The notes beneath the pieces were generated by a model. The model had not been told where the DNA came from. It saw nothing but the letters and a program-made list of their open reading frames with translations, and made no database searches. From positions 833 to 64,832 of the forward strand of contig DYKQ01000004.1 of the NCBI GenBank assembly GCA_020722545.1: 64,000 bases of DNA. Reading direction: 5' to 3'. Within the stretch, counting starts at the first letter, position 1; each line of letters opens with the position of its first letter. A program made the translations under genes and the position numbers. Positions 22,705 to 33,100 of this stretch are shown here, one piece after another. This stretch comes from Thiomonas intermedia (GTDB lineage Bacteria > Pseudomonadota > Gammaproteobacteria > Burkholderiales > Burkholderiaceae_C).

Positions 22705-23022
22705 ATGCAGAATTCCGCAATCTGGTTGGTCATCGTTCTGGCGTTCGTCGCCGCCAACTTGCCGTTTGTTTCCAACCGCTTCTTCCTGGTCATTCCGCTC
22801 AAGAAGACCCCCAAGTCGATCTGGTTACGTCTGCTTGAGCTGCTGATCCTGTTCTTTGTTGTCGGCTTCATTGGCATGGCGCTTGAAGCGCGGATCGGCC
22901 AGAACTATCCACAGCATTGGGAGTTCTATGCCGTCTCTGTCGCCATGTTCCTGGTGCTGGCCTTTCCGGGTTATGTGCTGCGTTACATGGTCAAGCGCCA
23001 TCCGGCCCCGAGTCGCACATGA
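22705..23022 (+). CDS. DUF2818-family membrane protein
   Basis: ANLPF...RLLELL...QHWEFYA motif; usual position after nuoN in Betaproteobacteria. Confidence 0.8.
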   Translation: MQNSAIWLVIVLAFVAANLPFVSNRFFLVIPLKKTPKSIWLRLLELLILFFVVGFIGMALEARIGQNYPQHWEFYAVSVAMFLVLAFPGYVLRYMVKRHPAPSRT

Positions 23023-23618
23023 GCGGCGATCCGGCACGCGTGCCGCAGGCGGCGGCCTTGCGCGAACACACTCTCGACAGCGAGATGGTGTTTCGCGGCA
23101 CTTTCCTCAACATCTCGCGCGATCTGGTGCGTCTGGCCAACGGCGCGCAGGTGACCCGCGAATACATCCGCCACTCCGGCGCGGTGATGATCATTCCCCT
23201 GCTCGATAACGGCAAGGTGTTGATGGAGCGCCAGTTCCGCACGCCGATGCAGCGGGTGATGGTGGAGTTTCCCGCAGGCAAGCTCGACGCGGGTGAGAGT
23301 TGGCTGGCTTGTGCCCAGCGCGAACTGCGCGAGGAAACCGGCTACAGCGCGAAGCAGTGGGCCTATATCGGGCCGATCAACAACGCGATTTCCTACTCCG
23401 ACGAAACCATTCATCTCGCTTTCGCGCGCGGTCTGGTTGCTGGTCGCCAATCGCTCGACGACAACGAACTGCTCGATGTTTTCGAGGCCAGTCCGCAAGA
23501 CACCCTCGATTGGGTGCGCAATGGCCAGATCACCGACGTCAAGACCGTGATCGGCGCGTTCTGGCTGGAAAAACTGCTGCAAAACACCTGGAACTTCGAC
23601 TGGCAGGACGTGGCCTGA
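23019..23618 (+). CDS. NUDIX hydrolase (ADP-ribose pyrophosphatase-like)
   Basis: Nudix box GKLDAGE...AQRELREETG; ITDVKT. Confidence 0.9.
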   Translation: MSGDPARVPQAAALREHTLDSEMVFRGTFLNISRDLVRLANGAQVTREYIRHSGAVMIIPLLDNGKVLMERQFRTPMQRVMVEFPAGKLDAGESWLACAQRELREETGYSAKQWAYIGPINNAISYSDETIHLAFARGLVAGRQSLDDNELLDVFEASPQDTLDWVRNGQITDVKTVIGAFWLEKLLQNTWNFDWQDVA

Positions 23619-23627
23619 CGCTGTAGC

Positions 23628-24692
23628 TCAGATGCGGCGCTGAACCAGCAGACGATAGGCCAGCAGATAGAGGGTGACGAAGCCCACGCAGCAGGCCATG
23701 AGCAGGGGGGTGTCGCCCCACCACAGCATGGCCGGGCCCACGCTGAAAGCCGCGACGGCCCAGAGATAAGGCGAGGTGGCCGCATTGCGGCGTTGCCGCG
23801 GATCGGGATGATCGTCCTCGTCGAGCAGGCGGGTGAGCCGCCAGTAGACCAGATGATGCAGATGCAGGCTATCGGGCGCCGTGCCCGCGCGCTGGCGAAA
23901 CTTGCGCCGCCACAGCGAATACAGCAACTCCCACACCGGGTAGGCCAGCACCATGAGGGCGAACCAGGGTGAAACGGCAGGGTTGCGCGCCACCAGCAAC
24001 ACGCTGAGCAACGCCATCCAGAAACCCAGCAGATAAGCGCCGGTATCGCCGAGGAAGATCTGGCCGCGCGGCCAGTTCCAGAACAGAAAGCCCAGCAGCG
24101 CGCCGATGGCGGCAAGGCTGAGCGCCATGATCAGCGGGTCGCTGACCTTGAACGCCACATAGCCGATGGCGCCGAAAATCATGAAGCTCACCATGCCGGC
24201 CAGTCCGTTGTAGCCGTCGATCATATTGACCGCATGCGGCAGGGCGCTGATGGCGACGAGCGCGATGAGCCAACCCACTACCGGCCAGGCGTGTATCCAT
24301 GCGTCCAGCGGCCACAGTCCCAACCGGGTGACGCTGGCCTCAAGCAGCCAGACCGCCAGCCCTGCGGCGAGCACCGTGGCCAGAGCCCGCCACAGGGGGG
24401 GCACATGGCGGCGCAGGTCTTCCACCACACCGGCGAGCAACACCGGCGCGATGGCGAGGGCCAATCGGCTCGTGAAGGAGGCGCTGACATAAGTGAGGTG
24501 CATGAGCCACAGCAGGCCGACCATCATGCCCAGTGCCAGGGCGAAGCCGCCAGTGCGGGGGGTCGGGTGCTTGTGCCACTTCTGTACGCCCTGGGTCTCG
24601 TCCAGGCCGAAATGCCTGCGCCGTCCCAGCACGATGAGGGCGGCGCATCCCAGCCAGCAGAGCAGGGCGGACAGGGCGGTGGCGTGCAGCAT
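23628..24692 (-). CDS. MraY/WecA-like glycosyltransferase family 4 (polyprenyl-phosphate HexNAc-1-P transferase)
   Basis: PTPRTGG, GVVEDL, NMIDGYNGLA, IFLGDTG, PDSLHLHH; many TM segments; start uncertain. Confidence 0.88.
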   Translation of the reverse strand: MLHATALSALLCWLGCAALIVLGRRRHFGLDETQGVQKWHKHPTPRTGGFALALGMMVGLLWLMHLTYVSASFTSRLALAIAPVLLAGVVEDLRRHVPPLWRALATVLAAGLAVWLLEASVTRLGLWPLDAWIHAWPVVGWLIALVAISALPHAVNMIDGYNGLAGMVSFMIFGAIGYVAFKVSDPLIMALSLAAIGALLGFLFWNWPRGQIFLGDTGAYLLGFWMALLSVLLVARNPAVSPWFALMVLAYPVWELLYSLWRRKFRQRAGTAPDSLHLHHLVYWRLTRLLDEDDHPDPRQRRNAATSPYLWAVAAFSVGPAMLWWGDTPLLMACCVGFVTLYLLAYRLLVQRRI

Positions 24693-24803
24693 GGGGTACG
24701 GTGGAGAAACGCGATAAGCCGACATTGTGCCTTTGCCCGTCATCACGAATCCACATGTCCTGCTCGCAGCCTAGCCTGCGGCCGTCGCCTACACTGCTGG
24801 GCT

Positions 24804-26072
24804 ATGTCTGCATCCTTCTCCTGGCCTTACGAGCTGCTCATCGGCTGGCGCTATACCCGCAGCGGGCGGCGCAGTCGGCGCAACGGTTTCATCTCCTTCA
24901 TTTCTGCGGTTTCCGTGGGCGGCATCGCCCTCGGGGTGGCCGCGCTGATCGTGGTCATCTCGGTGATGAACGGGTTTCAGAAGGAGGTGCGCGACCGCAT
25001 GCTCAACGTCATTCCGCACATTCAGATTCTCAATGTCAATGGTCAGGCTTTGCCCGACTGGCGCAGCGTGGCGCAGCAGGTCAAAAGCAATCCGGCAGTG
25101 ACCGGGGTGGCGCCCTTTGTGCAAGGTCAGGCGCTGGTGGCGCAGGGCAGTCAGTTGCAGGGCGTGCTGGTCTGGGGGGTGGAGCCGAGCGAAGAAACCC
25201 AGGTGTCGCAGATTCCCGAGCACATGGTGGCGGGCAGTCTGGCGGCGCTCAAGCCGGGCGACTTCGGCGTGGTACTGGGCAACGAGCTGGCCAATGCGCT
25301 GGGGGTTGGCGTGGGTGATCAGATCACCATGGTGGCGCCCAGCGGTTCCATCACCCCGGCGGGCATGATTCCGCGCCTGCGCACCCTGCGGGTGGTGGGC
25401 ATTTTCAATGTCGGGCACTACGAGTACGACAGCACTCTGGCGCTGGTGAATCTGCAGGACGCGTCGGCGCTGTTCCGCACCGGCGGCCCCACCGGGCTGC
25501 GCGTGCAGACGCGCAATATGAATGACGCCCCGCAGATTGCGCAAGATCTGCAGCGCGTGCTGCCGCCCGAACTCGTGGCTCAGCCCTGGACCGAGCAGAA
25601 CCGCACCTGGTTCGAGGCCGTGGTGATCGAGAAGCGCATGATGTTCATCATCCTCACCATGATTGTGGCGGTGGCGGCGTTCAACCTCGTCTCTACCCTG
25701 GTCATGACGGTGACCGACAAGCTGGCCGATATCGCCATCCTGCGCACGCAGGGTGCGAGCCCCGGTTCCATCATGTCCATCTTTCTGCTGCAGGGCGCAG
25801 TGACGGGGTTTCTCGGCACCTTCGCCGGTGTCGCGCTGGGTTGTCTGATTGCATTCAACCTCGACCCCATCGTCTCGTTCCTCGAAGCCGTGCTGCACAC
25901 CCAGTTCCTGCCGCGCAGCGTCTATCTGATCCACACCATGCCCAGCGATCCGCGCTTCTCCGACATCGCCACCATCACCGTGGCGTCGCTGGTGTTGTCG
26001 CTGCTGGCCACGCTTTATCCCAGTTGGAGCGCCTCGCGGGTGCAACCGGCGCAGGCTTTGCGGTATGAATGA
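24804..26072 (+). CDS. lolE: Lipoprotein-releasing ABC transporter permease (LolC/E family)
   Basis: RNGFISFIS, LGVAALIVVISVMNGF, AAFNLVSTL, C-terminal PAQALRYE. Confidence 0.92.
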   Translation: MSASFSWPYELLIGWRYTRSGRRSRRNGFISFISAVSVGGIALGVAALIVVISVMNGFQKEVRDRMLNVIPHIQILNVNGQALPDWRSVAQQVKSNPAVTGVAPFVQGQALVAQGSQLQGVLVWGVEPSEETQVSQIPEHMVAGSLAALKPGDFGVVLGNELANALGVGVGDQITMVAPSGSITPAGMIPRLRTLRVVGIFNVGHYEYDSTLALVNLQDASALFRTGGPTGLRVQTRNMNDAPQIAQDLQRVLPPELVAQPWTEQNRTWFEAVVIEKRMMFIILTMIVAVAAFNLVSTLVMTVTDKLADIAILRTQGASPGSIMSIFLLQGAVTGFLGTFAGVALGCLIAFNLDPIVSFLEAVLHTQFLPRSVYLIHTMPSDPRFSDIATITVASLVLSLLATLYPSWSASRVQPAQALRYE

Positions 26073-27102
26073 ACACCTGCTGCTGTCCGATCTGCCCTCG
26101 ACCTCGCCCGCGCTCGCGCAACTGCTGGCGCAACCCGGCTTGCCTGCATCCGCCGCTCTTTGCCGCCAGGCCGTGGTGCTGGAGCAGGAACCGCCGCGAG
26201 AAGATGCCCAGGCCGCCTGGCTGACGCCCGCCGAGCGCTGGCTGCTGCACGCCCTGCGTCTGGACGGCACAGAGGCCGAGCAGGCGCCCTGGGCGCGTCT
26301 GGCTGCGCTGGCCGATGGCGTGGCCGACGCTTTTCCAGCAGATCAGGCGCTGTGCCTGCTCACCCCGGCGCATCTGCGGCTGGGGCGCGACAGCCTGTCG
26401 CTCACCGATCCTGCCGCGCTCGATCTCACGGCGGATGAAGCCCAGCCGCTCTTCGCCGCCGTCGAGCCGTTGTTTGCCAGTGCGGGATGGACGCTGCGCC
26501 AGGTGACGCCGATGCGCTGGTATGCCGCCCACTCCAGTCTGACCGAGGTGGTGACGGCGGGCGTGGCGCGCTCTCTTGGCCGCAGCGTGGCGGCGTGGAT
26601 GCCCGGCGGCCCGGCGGCCCGGCCCTGGCGGCAACTGCTCACCGAAGTGCAGATGACCTGGCAGCACCATGCCGTCAACGAAGCGCGCGAACAGCGCGGC
26701 CTGCCCGACATCAATACCCTCTGGATACACGGTTGCGGCCCCCTGGCGGCCGATTGGCGCAGCCCGGTGCGCCTTGCCGGACATGAGGGGGGCGGCGATG
26801 CGGTGAGCGATCCGGCTCTCGCCGCCGCGCTGCGCGGCCTGGCGCTGCGTCCGCGCAACGGCCCGCTGGACGCCCTGCGTCTGTTCGACGCCCGCGCGCT
26901 GCTCGCCGATGACCCTGCCGCCGGTCTGCGTCAGCTCGATGCCAGCCTTTCCGCCGCCATTGCGCAGGCGGTGCAGCAGACGGGCGGCGTGCGTCTCACC
27001 CTCGCGGGCGAGCTGCGCTGGCGCACCCTGCAGATCCGCCGTCCGCAAGACTGGAAATTCTGGCAGCGGACCGACTTCCTCGCGCAGTTTCACGGTTTGT
27101 AG
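26065..27102 (+). CDS. Conserved hypothetical protein, cofactor-independent phosphoglycerate mutase-like
   Basis: LTPAHL, RQLLTEVQMTWQHHAVNEAREQRGLPDINTLWIHG resembles the ApgM-like NxxRxxxGxxxxNxxW motif. Confidence 0.6.
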   Translation: MNEHLLLSDLPSTSPALAQLLAQPGLPASAALCRQAVVLEQEPPREDAQAAWLTPAERWLLHALRLDGTEAEQAPWARLAALADGVADAFPADQALCLLTPAHLRLGRDSLSLTDPAALDLTADEAQPLFAAVEPLFASAGWTLRQVTPMRWYAAHSSLTEVVTAGVARSLGRSVAAWMPGGPAARPWRQLLTEVQMTWQHHAVNEAREQRGLPDINTLWIHGCGPLAADWRSPVRLAGHEGGGDAVSDPALAAALRGLALRPRNGPLDALRLFDARALLADDPAAGLRQLDASLSAAIAQAVQQTGGVRLTLAGELRWRTLQIRRPQDWKFWQRTDFLAQFHGL

Positions 27103-27172
27103 CCAAACAAACTGTCGCGTTCTGTCATCTTCATCACCTACAGTAACAACTTTGTAGGCGATGGGGTGAGAG

Positions 27173-30100
27173 ATGAGGTGCGCACGCTGGTGGACCGCAG
27201 TTGGACTGTTTCTGGGACTGATGCAAGGCGCTTTCGCGCTGCGGGTCAGCAGCCTCAGCCCGCAGGGCGAGGTGGCGCAGGTGCGGCAGGTGGTCGCCCG
27301 GTTCGACGGCCCCGCGGTCAACTTTGGCGACGCCCGGGCGCCAGCGCCCCTCAGCGTGACTTGCAGCGACCCGCAGGCGGCGCAGGGCAATGGCCGCTGG
27401 ATCAGCGCGAACGAATGGGCCTTCCAGTTTGCCAATGACCTGCCCGCCGGGGTGCGCTGCACGGTGCAGACTCTGCCGAGCTTCAAGTCGCCTCAGGGCA
27501 AGGCGCTCAGCGGCCCCACGCGCTGGACGTTCAACACCGGCGGGCCGTTCGTGCGGCACATCTGGCCGCCAACCGGCGCCGCCATCGACGAGCAGCAGGC
27601 CTTTGTGCTGCAGCTCAGCGGGGCGGCCACCCCGCAAAGCCTGAGCGAACACATTCACTGCCGCATCGAGGGGCTGGGCGAACAAGTGGCCGTGCAGCAG
27701 ATCAGCGGCGCGCAGCGCGAGGCCCTGCTCAAGGCGCTCGGGCTGAACCAGTCGGCGGCCAGTCAACCCCAGCAGATTGTCACCCTGCGCTGCGCCCGCA
27801 AGCTGCCCGCGGGCGGCGAGGTCACCCTGGTTTACGGTGCGGGCGTGAGCACGCCCAGCGGGGTGGAAAGCGGGGTGACGCGGCGCTATGGCTACCGCGT
27901 GCGCGAGCCCTTTGCCGCGACCTTCAGTTGCGAACGCGAAAACGCGAAGGCGGGCTGTTCGCCGTTCAAACCGCTATCGCTGAGCTTCAACGCGCCGGTG
28001 TCGCGCAAGCTGGCTGCGGCCATCCGGCTGCAGATCGGCAAGCGCAGCGTAGCCCCCGATTTGACCGACGAAGACGGGCAGGGCGATGCCCAGGTGAACG
28101 ACATTGCCTTCGCCCCGCCCTTTGCCGAAAACACCGCGATGCAGATCGTGCTGCCGCCGCAATTCGTCGATGTCGATCATCGCCCGCTGCGCAACGCCGA
28201 CCGGTTTCCGCTGAGCATTGACACCGGGGCGATGCCGCCGCTGGCCAAGTTCGCCACCTCGCCGTTCGGCATTGTCGAGCGCTTTCCAGAGGGCATCGGC
28301 CGCGGCCCGGCGCTGCTGCCCGTCACCCTGCGCCGCGTGCCGTTGGCGCAAGGCGTGCGCGACTATGCCGTGTCCGATCTGCAGCCGCAAAGCGATGCGC
28401 AGACCATCGCCTGGTTCCGGCGGGTGCAGGCCTTCAGCAGCTTTTTCGTTTCGCGCGATGCGGCGCGCAAGGTGGTGAGCGGGCCGTTGCCGCCTGTGCT
28501 GCACGAGGCCAACGGCGATGCCGTCAACCCCGATCAGGTGCAGACCCGCATGGTGTCTCTGCTCGAAGGCAAGCCGGGCCTGCGCAAGATCGCGCTGCCT
28601 GCCGTGGAGAGCGGACAAAAGCGGCCCTTCGAGGTCGTGGGCATTCCGTTGCCGCCGGGGTTTCATGTGATCGAAATCGCCTCCAAAACCCTGGGCAAGG
28701 CGCTGCTCGACCCGCGCTATGGAGCGAACCGTGAAATGGTGGTGCGCACCGCGGCCTTGGTCACCAATCTGAATGTGAGCGTGAAAATCGGCCGCGAGAA
28801 CGCACTGGCCTGGGTGACCACGCTGGACAAGGGGCGGCCGGTGGCGGGCGCCAAGGTGCAGGTGTCCGACTGCCACGGAAAGCTGCTGACCACTGCGACC
28901 ACCGATGCGCAGGGGCTGGCGCGCCTGGATGGCCTCGATCCGCAGGCGCCCTATTGCGGCGATGACGACGACGCTCTGGGCTACTTCGACCTCGGCTACT
29001 TCGTTTCCGCCCGCGCGACCGACGCCGACGGCACGCCCGACATGGCCTTTGCCTGGAGTGAATGGAACGAGGGCTTCGAGCCTTGGCGCTTCAATGTGCC
29101 CACAGACAGATCCTCCAGCCCCGATACCGTCGCCCACACCATTTTCGACCGCACCCTGCTGCGGGCAGGCGAGACGGTGTCGATGAAGCATCTTCTGCGG
29201 GTGGAAACGCTCAAGGGTCTGGAACTGCCCAAGACTTATCCCGACACCCTGGTCATCACCCATGAGGGCAGCGGCCAGGAGTTCAAGCAGCCGCTGAAAT
29301 GGCAGCGCACCCCTACGGGCGGCATGACGGCCAGCAGCCAGTTCGCCATTCCGAAGGCGGCCAAGCTGGGGGAATACGACGTGCAATTGCGCAGCGAGGA
29401 AGACAACGGTTGGTCGCCTTCCAGCGGCAGTTTTCGCGTCGAGGAATTTCGCTTGCCGGTGTTTACTGGCCGCATCGCCCCGGTGGACGGCAAGCCGCTC
29501 ATTCGGCCGCAGGATGTGCCGGTGTCGGTGCAAGTGAGCTACACCGCCGGCGGCCCGGCAGCCAATCTGCCGGTGCAGGTCTCGGCGCTGGTGCGCAGCA
29601 AATGGCTCTCGTTCGACGGTTTCGATGCGTTCAGCTTCTCGCCGCCGCAACAACAAGGGCAGGGCGGTGATGATGAAGACGCTGCGCAGGACGACAGCAA
29701 GATCATCGCCGACAAACTCGCCGTCACCCTCGACCGCCAGGGCCTGGGCCGGGTGGGCATCGACGACGTTCCGCCCTCGAACCAGGCGCGTGAACTGCTG
29801 CTCGAAGCCAGCTATTCCGACCCCAACGGCGAAATCCAGACTCTGCGCAGCACCCAGACTTTGTGGCCTGCCGCAGTCGTGGCGGGCATCAAGACCGAGA
29901 GCTGGGTGTCGGCGGGCAAGCACGCCAGGCTGCAGGCGCTGGCGCTGAATCTGCAGGGCAAGCCGCAGGCCGGGGTGCCGCTGACGGTCAAGGCCGTCGC
30001 GCACATCACCACCACCAGCCGCAAGCGCATGGTGGGCGGCTTTTACGCCTACGACAACAAGACCACGACCAAAGACCTGGGCATTTTGTGCAGCGGCAAG

Positions 30101-33100
30101 AGCGACGCGCACGGCCTGCTGCTGTGCGACGTGAAGCTGGATCAGGCGGGTGAGATTGAACTGATCGCATCGGCCACCGATGCGCAGGGCCGCAGCGCGC
30201 AGGCGTCCAGCTCAGTGTGGGTGACGCGGCAGGGCGAGCTGTGGTTCGGCGGAGAAAACAACGACCGCATGGACGTGCTGCCCGAGAAAAAAACTTATCA
30301 GCCCGGCGAGACCGCGCAGTTCCAGGTGCGCATGCCCTTCCGCCACGCCACCGCGCTGGTGGCGGTGGAGCGCGAAGGCGTGATGCACACCGAGGTAGTG
30401 CAGCTCGACGGGACTGATCCCACCGTGCGCCTGAAGGTGCAGCCGACGTGGGGGCCGAACGTCTATGTGAGCGTGCTGGCGCTGCGCGGGCGGCTGTACG
30501 ACGTGCCCTGGTACAGCTTTTTCACCTGGGGATACAAGACGCCGCTGACCTGGTGGCGCATGTTCTGGGGCGACAGCAAGGACTACGTGCCGCCCACCGC
30601 CATGGTGGACTTGAGCAAGCCGGCCTTCCGCTTCGGCATGGCCGAGATTCGCGTGGGCATTGCCGAGCATGCCCTCAAGGTGGCAGTGCAGACCGACAAG
30701 CCCAGCTACCCGGTGCGCGGCAAGGCGCGCGTCACCATCACCGCCACCCTGCCCGACGGCAAGCCCGCTGCTGGCGCCGACGTGGCGCTGGCCGCGGTCG
30801 ATCAGGCCCTGCTCGAACTCATGCCCAACACCAGCTGGGACTTGCTGCACGCCATGTTGCGCGAGCGGGCCTGGGGCGTGGAGACCGGCACGGCGCAGTC
30901 CGAGATCATTGGCCGCCGCCATTACGGCCTCAAAGCCGTGCCCGCAGGCGGCGGCGGAGGCAAGACCGAAACCCGCGATCTGTTCGACACCCTGCTGCTA
31001 TGGAAGCCCGACGTGGTGCTCGACGCGCAGGGGCGCGCGGTGGTGGACGTGCCGCTCAACGACAGCCTCACCGCGTTTCGCATCGTCGCCGTGGCCGAGC
31101 GCGGGCTGAGCCAGTTCGGCACCGGCCAAGCCTCCATACGCAGCACGCAAGACCTGCAGATTCTCTCCGGCCTGCCGCCGCTGGTGCGCGAGGGCGACCG
31201 CTTCACCGCGTCCTTCACCCTGCGCAACACCACCCAGCAGGCGATGAAGGTCACGCTCACCCCGCAGGCGGCCGGTGTGGCGCTGCAGCCGCAGACCGTG
31301 GACATTCCGGCAGACACGGCCCGAGAGGTGAACTGGACGGTGGACGTGCCCCTTTCCAACACGCCCGACGGCGCGCAGACGCTGGCCTGGCAGATCGAGG
31401 CCCGCGACGCGCTGCACGGCGCCAAAGACGCCCTGCGCGTGCAGCAGCAGGTGCTCGCTGCGGCGCCGCTGGCGGTACAGCAGGCCACGCTGCAGCAGGT
31501 GGACGGCGAGTTCAGCCTGCCCGTGGCGCCGCCACCCGAGGCGCTGAAGACGGCGCTGGGCACGGCACAGGGGACGGCACAGGGGACGCCGCGCGGCGGG
31601 GTGGTGGACCCCCACGCTCCCGCTTCGCGGTCGCTGCCCTTGCAGGGCGCGGCCTCGCCAGAGGCGAGTCCTCTTCGTGCCGTCCAGTCTGGCGCAGGCC
31701 AGACTGGAGCCGCGGCACTCAGCCCCGAGGGGGCGCACCCCGCCTTCGGGCGGCCGCGCGGCGGGGTGAAACTCGCCATGCAACCCACCCTGGTTGCCGG
31801 GCTGGACGGTGTGCGCGACTGGTTTCGCCGCTATCCCTACGGCTGCCTGGAGCAGAAGTCCAGCATCGCCATCGGCTTGATGGACGCGGCGCGCTGGCAG
31901 GCGGTCATGGCCGCTTTGCCGACCTATCTCGACGGCGACGGGCTGGCGAATTACTTCCCGGTGCGCGAAGGCGAGGGCAATCACGGCAGCGACGTGCTCA
32001 CCGCCTATCTGCTGGCCGCGTCGGATGAAGCGTCCAAACTCGATCCGGCCTTCGTCATCCCGGACGATCTCAAGGCGCAGATGCAGTCCGGCTTGACGGC
32101 CTTCGTCACAGGCCGTATCGAGCGCAGGTTCTGGGCGCCGCGCGCTGATCTCGACGTGCGCAAGCTCGCTGCCATTGAAGCGCTCGCGCGGGGCGGCAAG
32201 GCGCAGCCGCGCCTGCTCGACAGCATCACCATCGCCCCCAATCAGTGGCCGACAAGTGCGGTGATCGACTGGCTGTCCATTCTGCAGCGCCTGCCCGATG
32301 TGCCGCAGCGCACGCAGCGCCTGGCCGAGGCCGAGAACATTCTCAAGGCCCGCCTGAGCTGGCAGGGAACCAAGCTCGTATTCAGCACCGAGCGCGACGA
32401 CGCCTGGTGGTGGCTGATGACCGGCGGCGACGTGAACACCGCGCGGCTGATGCTGCTGGTCATGCACGACCCGGCGTGGAAAGGCGAACTGCCGCGTCTG
32501 GCCAGCGGCTTCATCGCCCGCCAGCAGCGCGGCGCGTGGTCCACGACCACAGCCAATCTGTGGGGGTCGCTGGCGCTGCAGCAGTTCTCGCGCACCTTTG
32601 AGTCCGAGCCGGTGCAGGGCATGACCCGCGTCACGCTGGGGCAGGAGAGCGGCGTGGTCGATTGGGGCAAAGTCGCTGCGGTGACTGCCGCTTCGGCCAG
32701 CGGCGCGATGCACGCCCGCAGCATCCTCGGCGCGCCGAATGCAGCGCAGAACTGGGCGAACAACACCGTGTTCCTGCCCTGGCCTTCGGCAGCGGCGCAA
32801 ACCCTGCAGGTGCAGCAGCAAGGCAGCGGCAAGCCCTGGGTGACGGTGCAATCGTGGGCGGCCGTGCCGCTCAAGACGGCCTTCGACGCGGGCTATGGCA
32901 TCCGCAAGACCCTCACGCCGGTGGAGCAGGCCGTGCCCGGCAAGTGGTCGCGTGGCGACGTGGTGCGCGTCACCCTCGATGTCAATGCCAGCAGCGATAT
33001 GAGCTGGGTGGTCATCTCCGACCCCATTCCCGGCGGCGCGTCCATTCTGGGCGGCGGGCTGGGGCGCGATTCGGAAATCGCCACCCGCGGTGAGCAGGAC

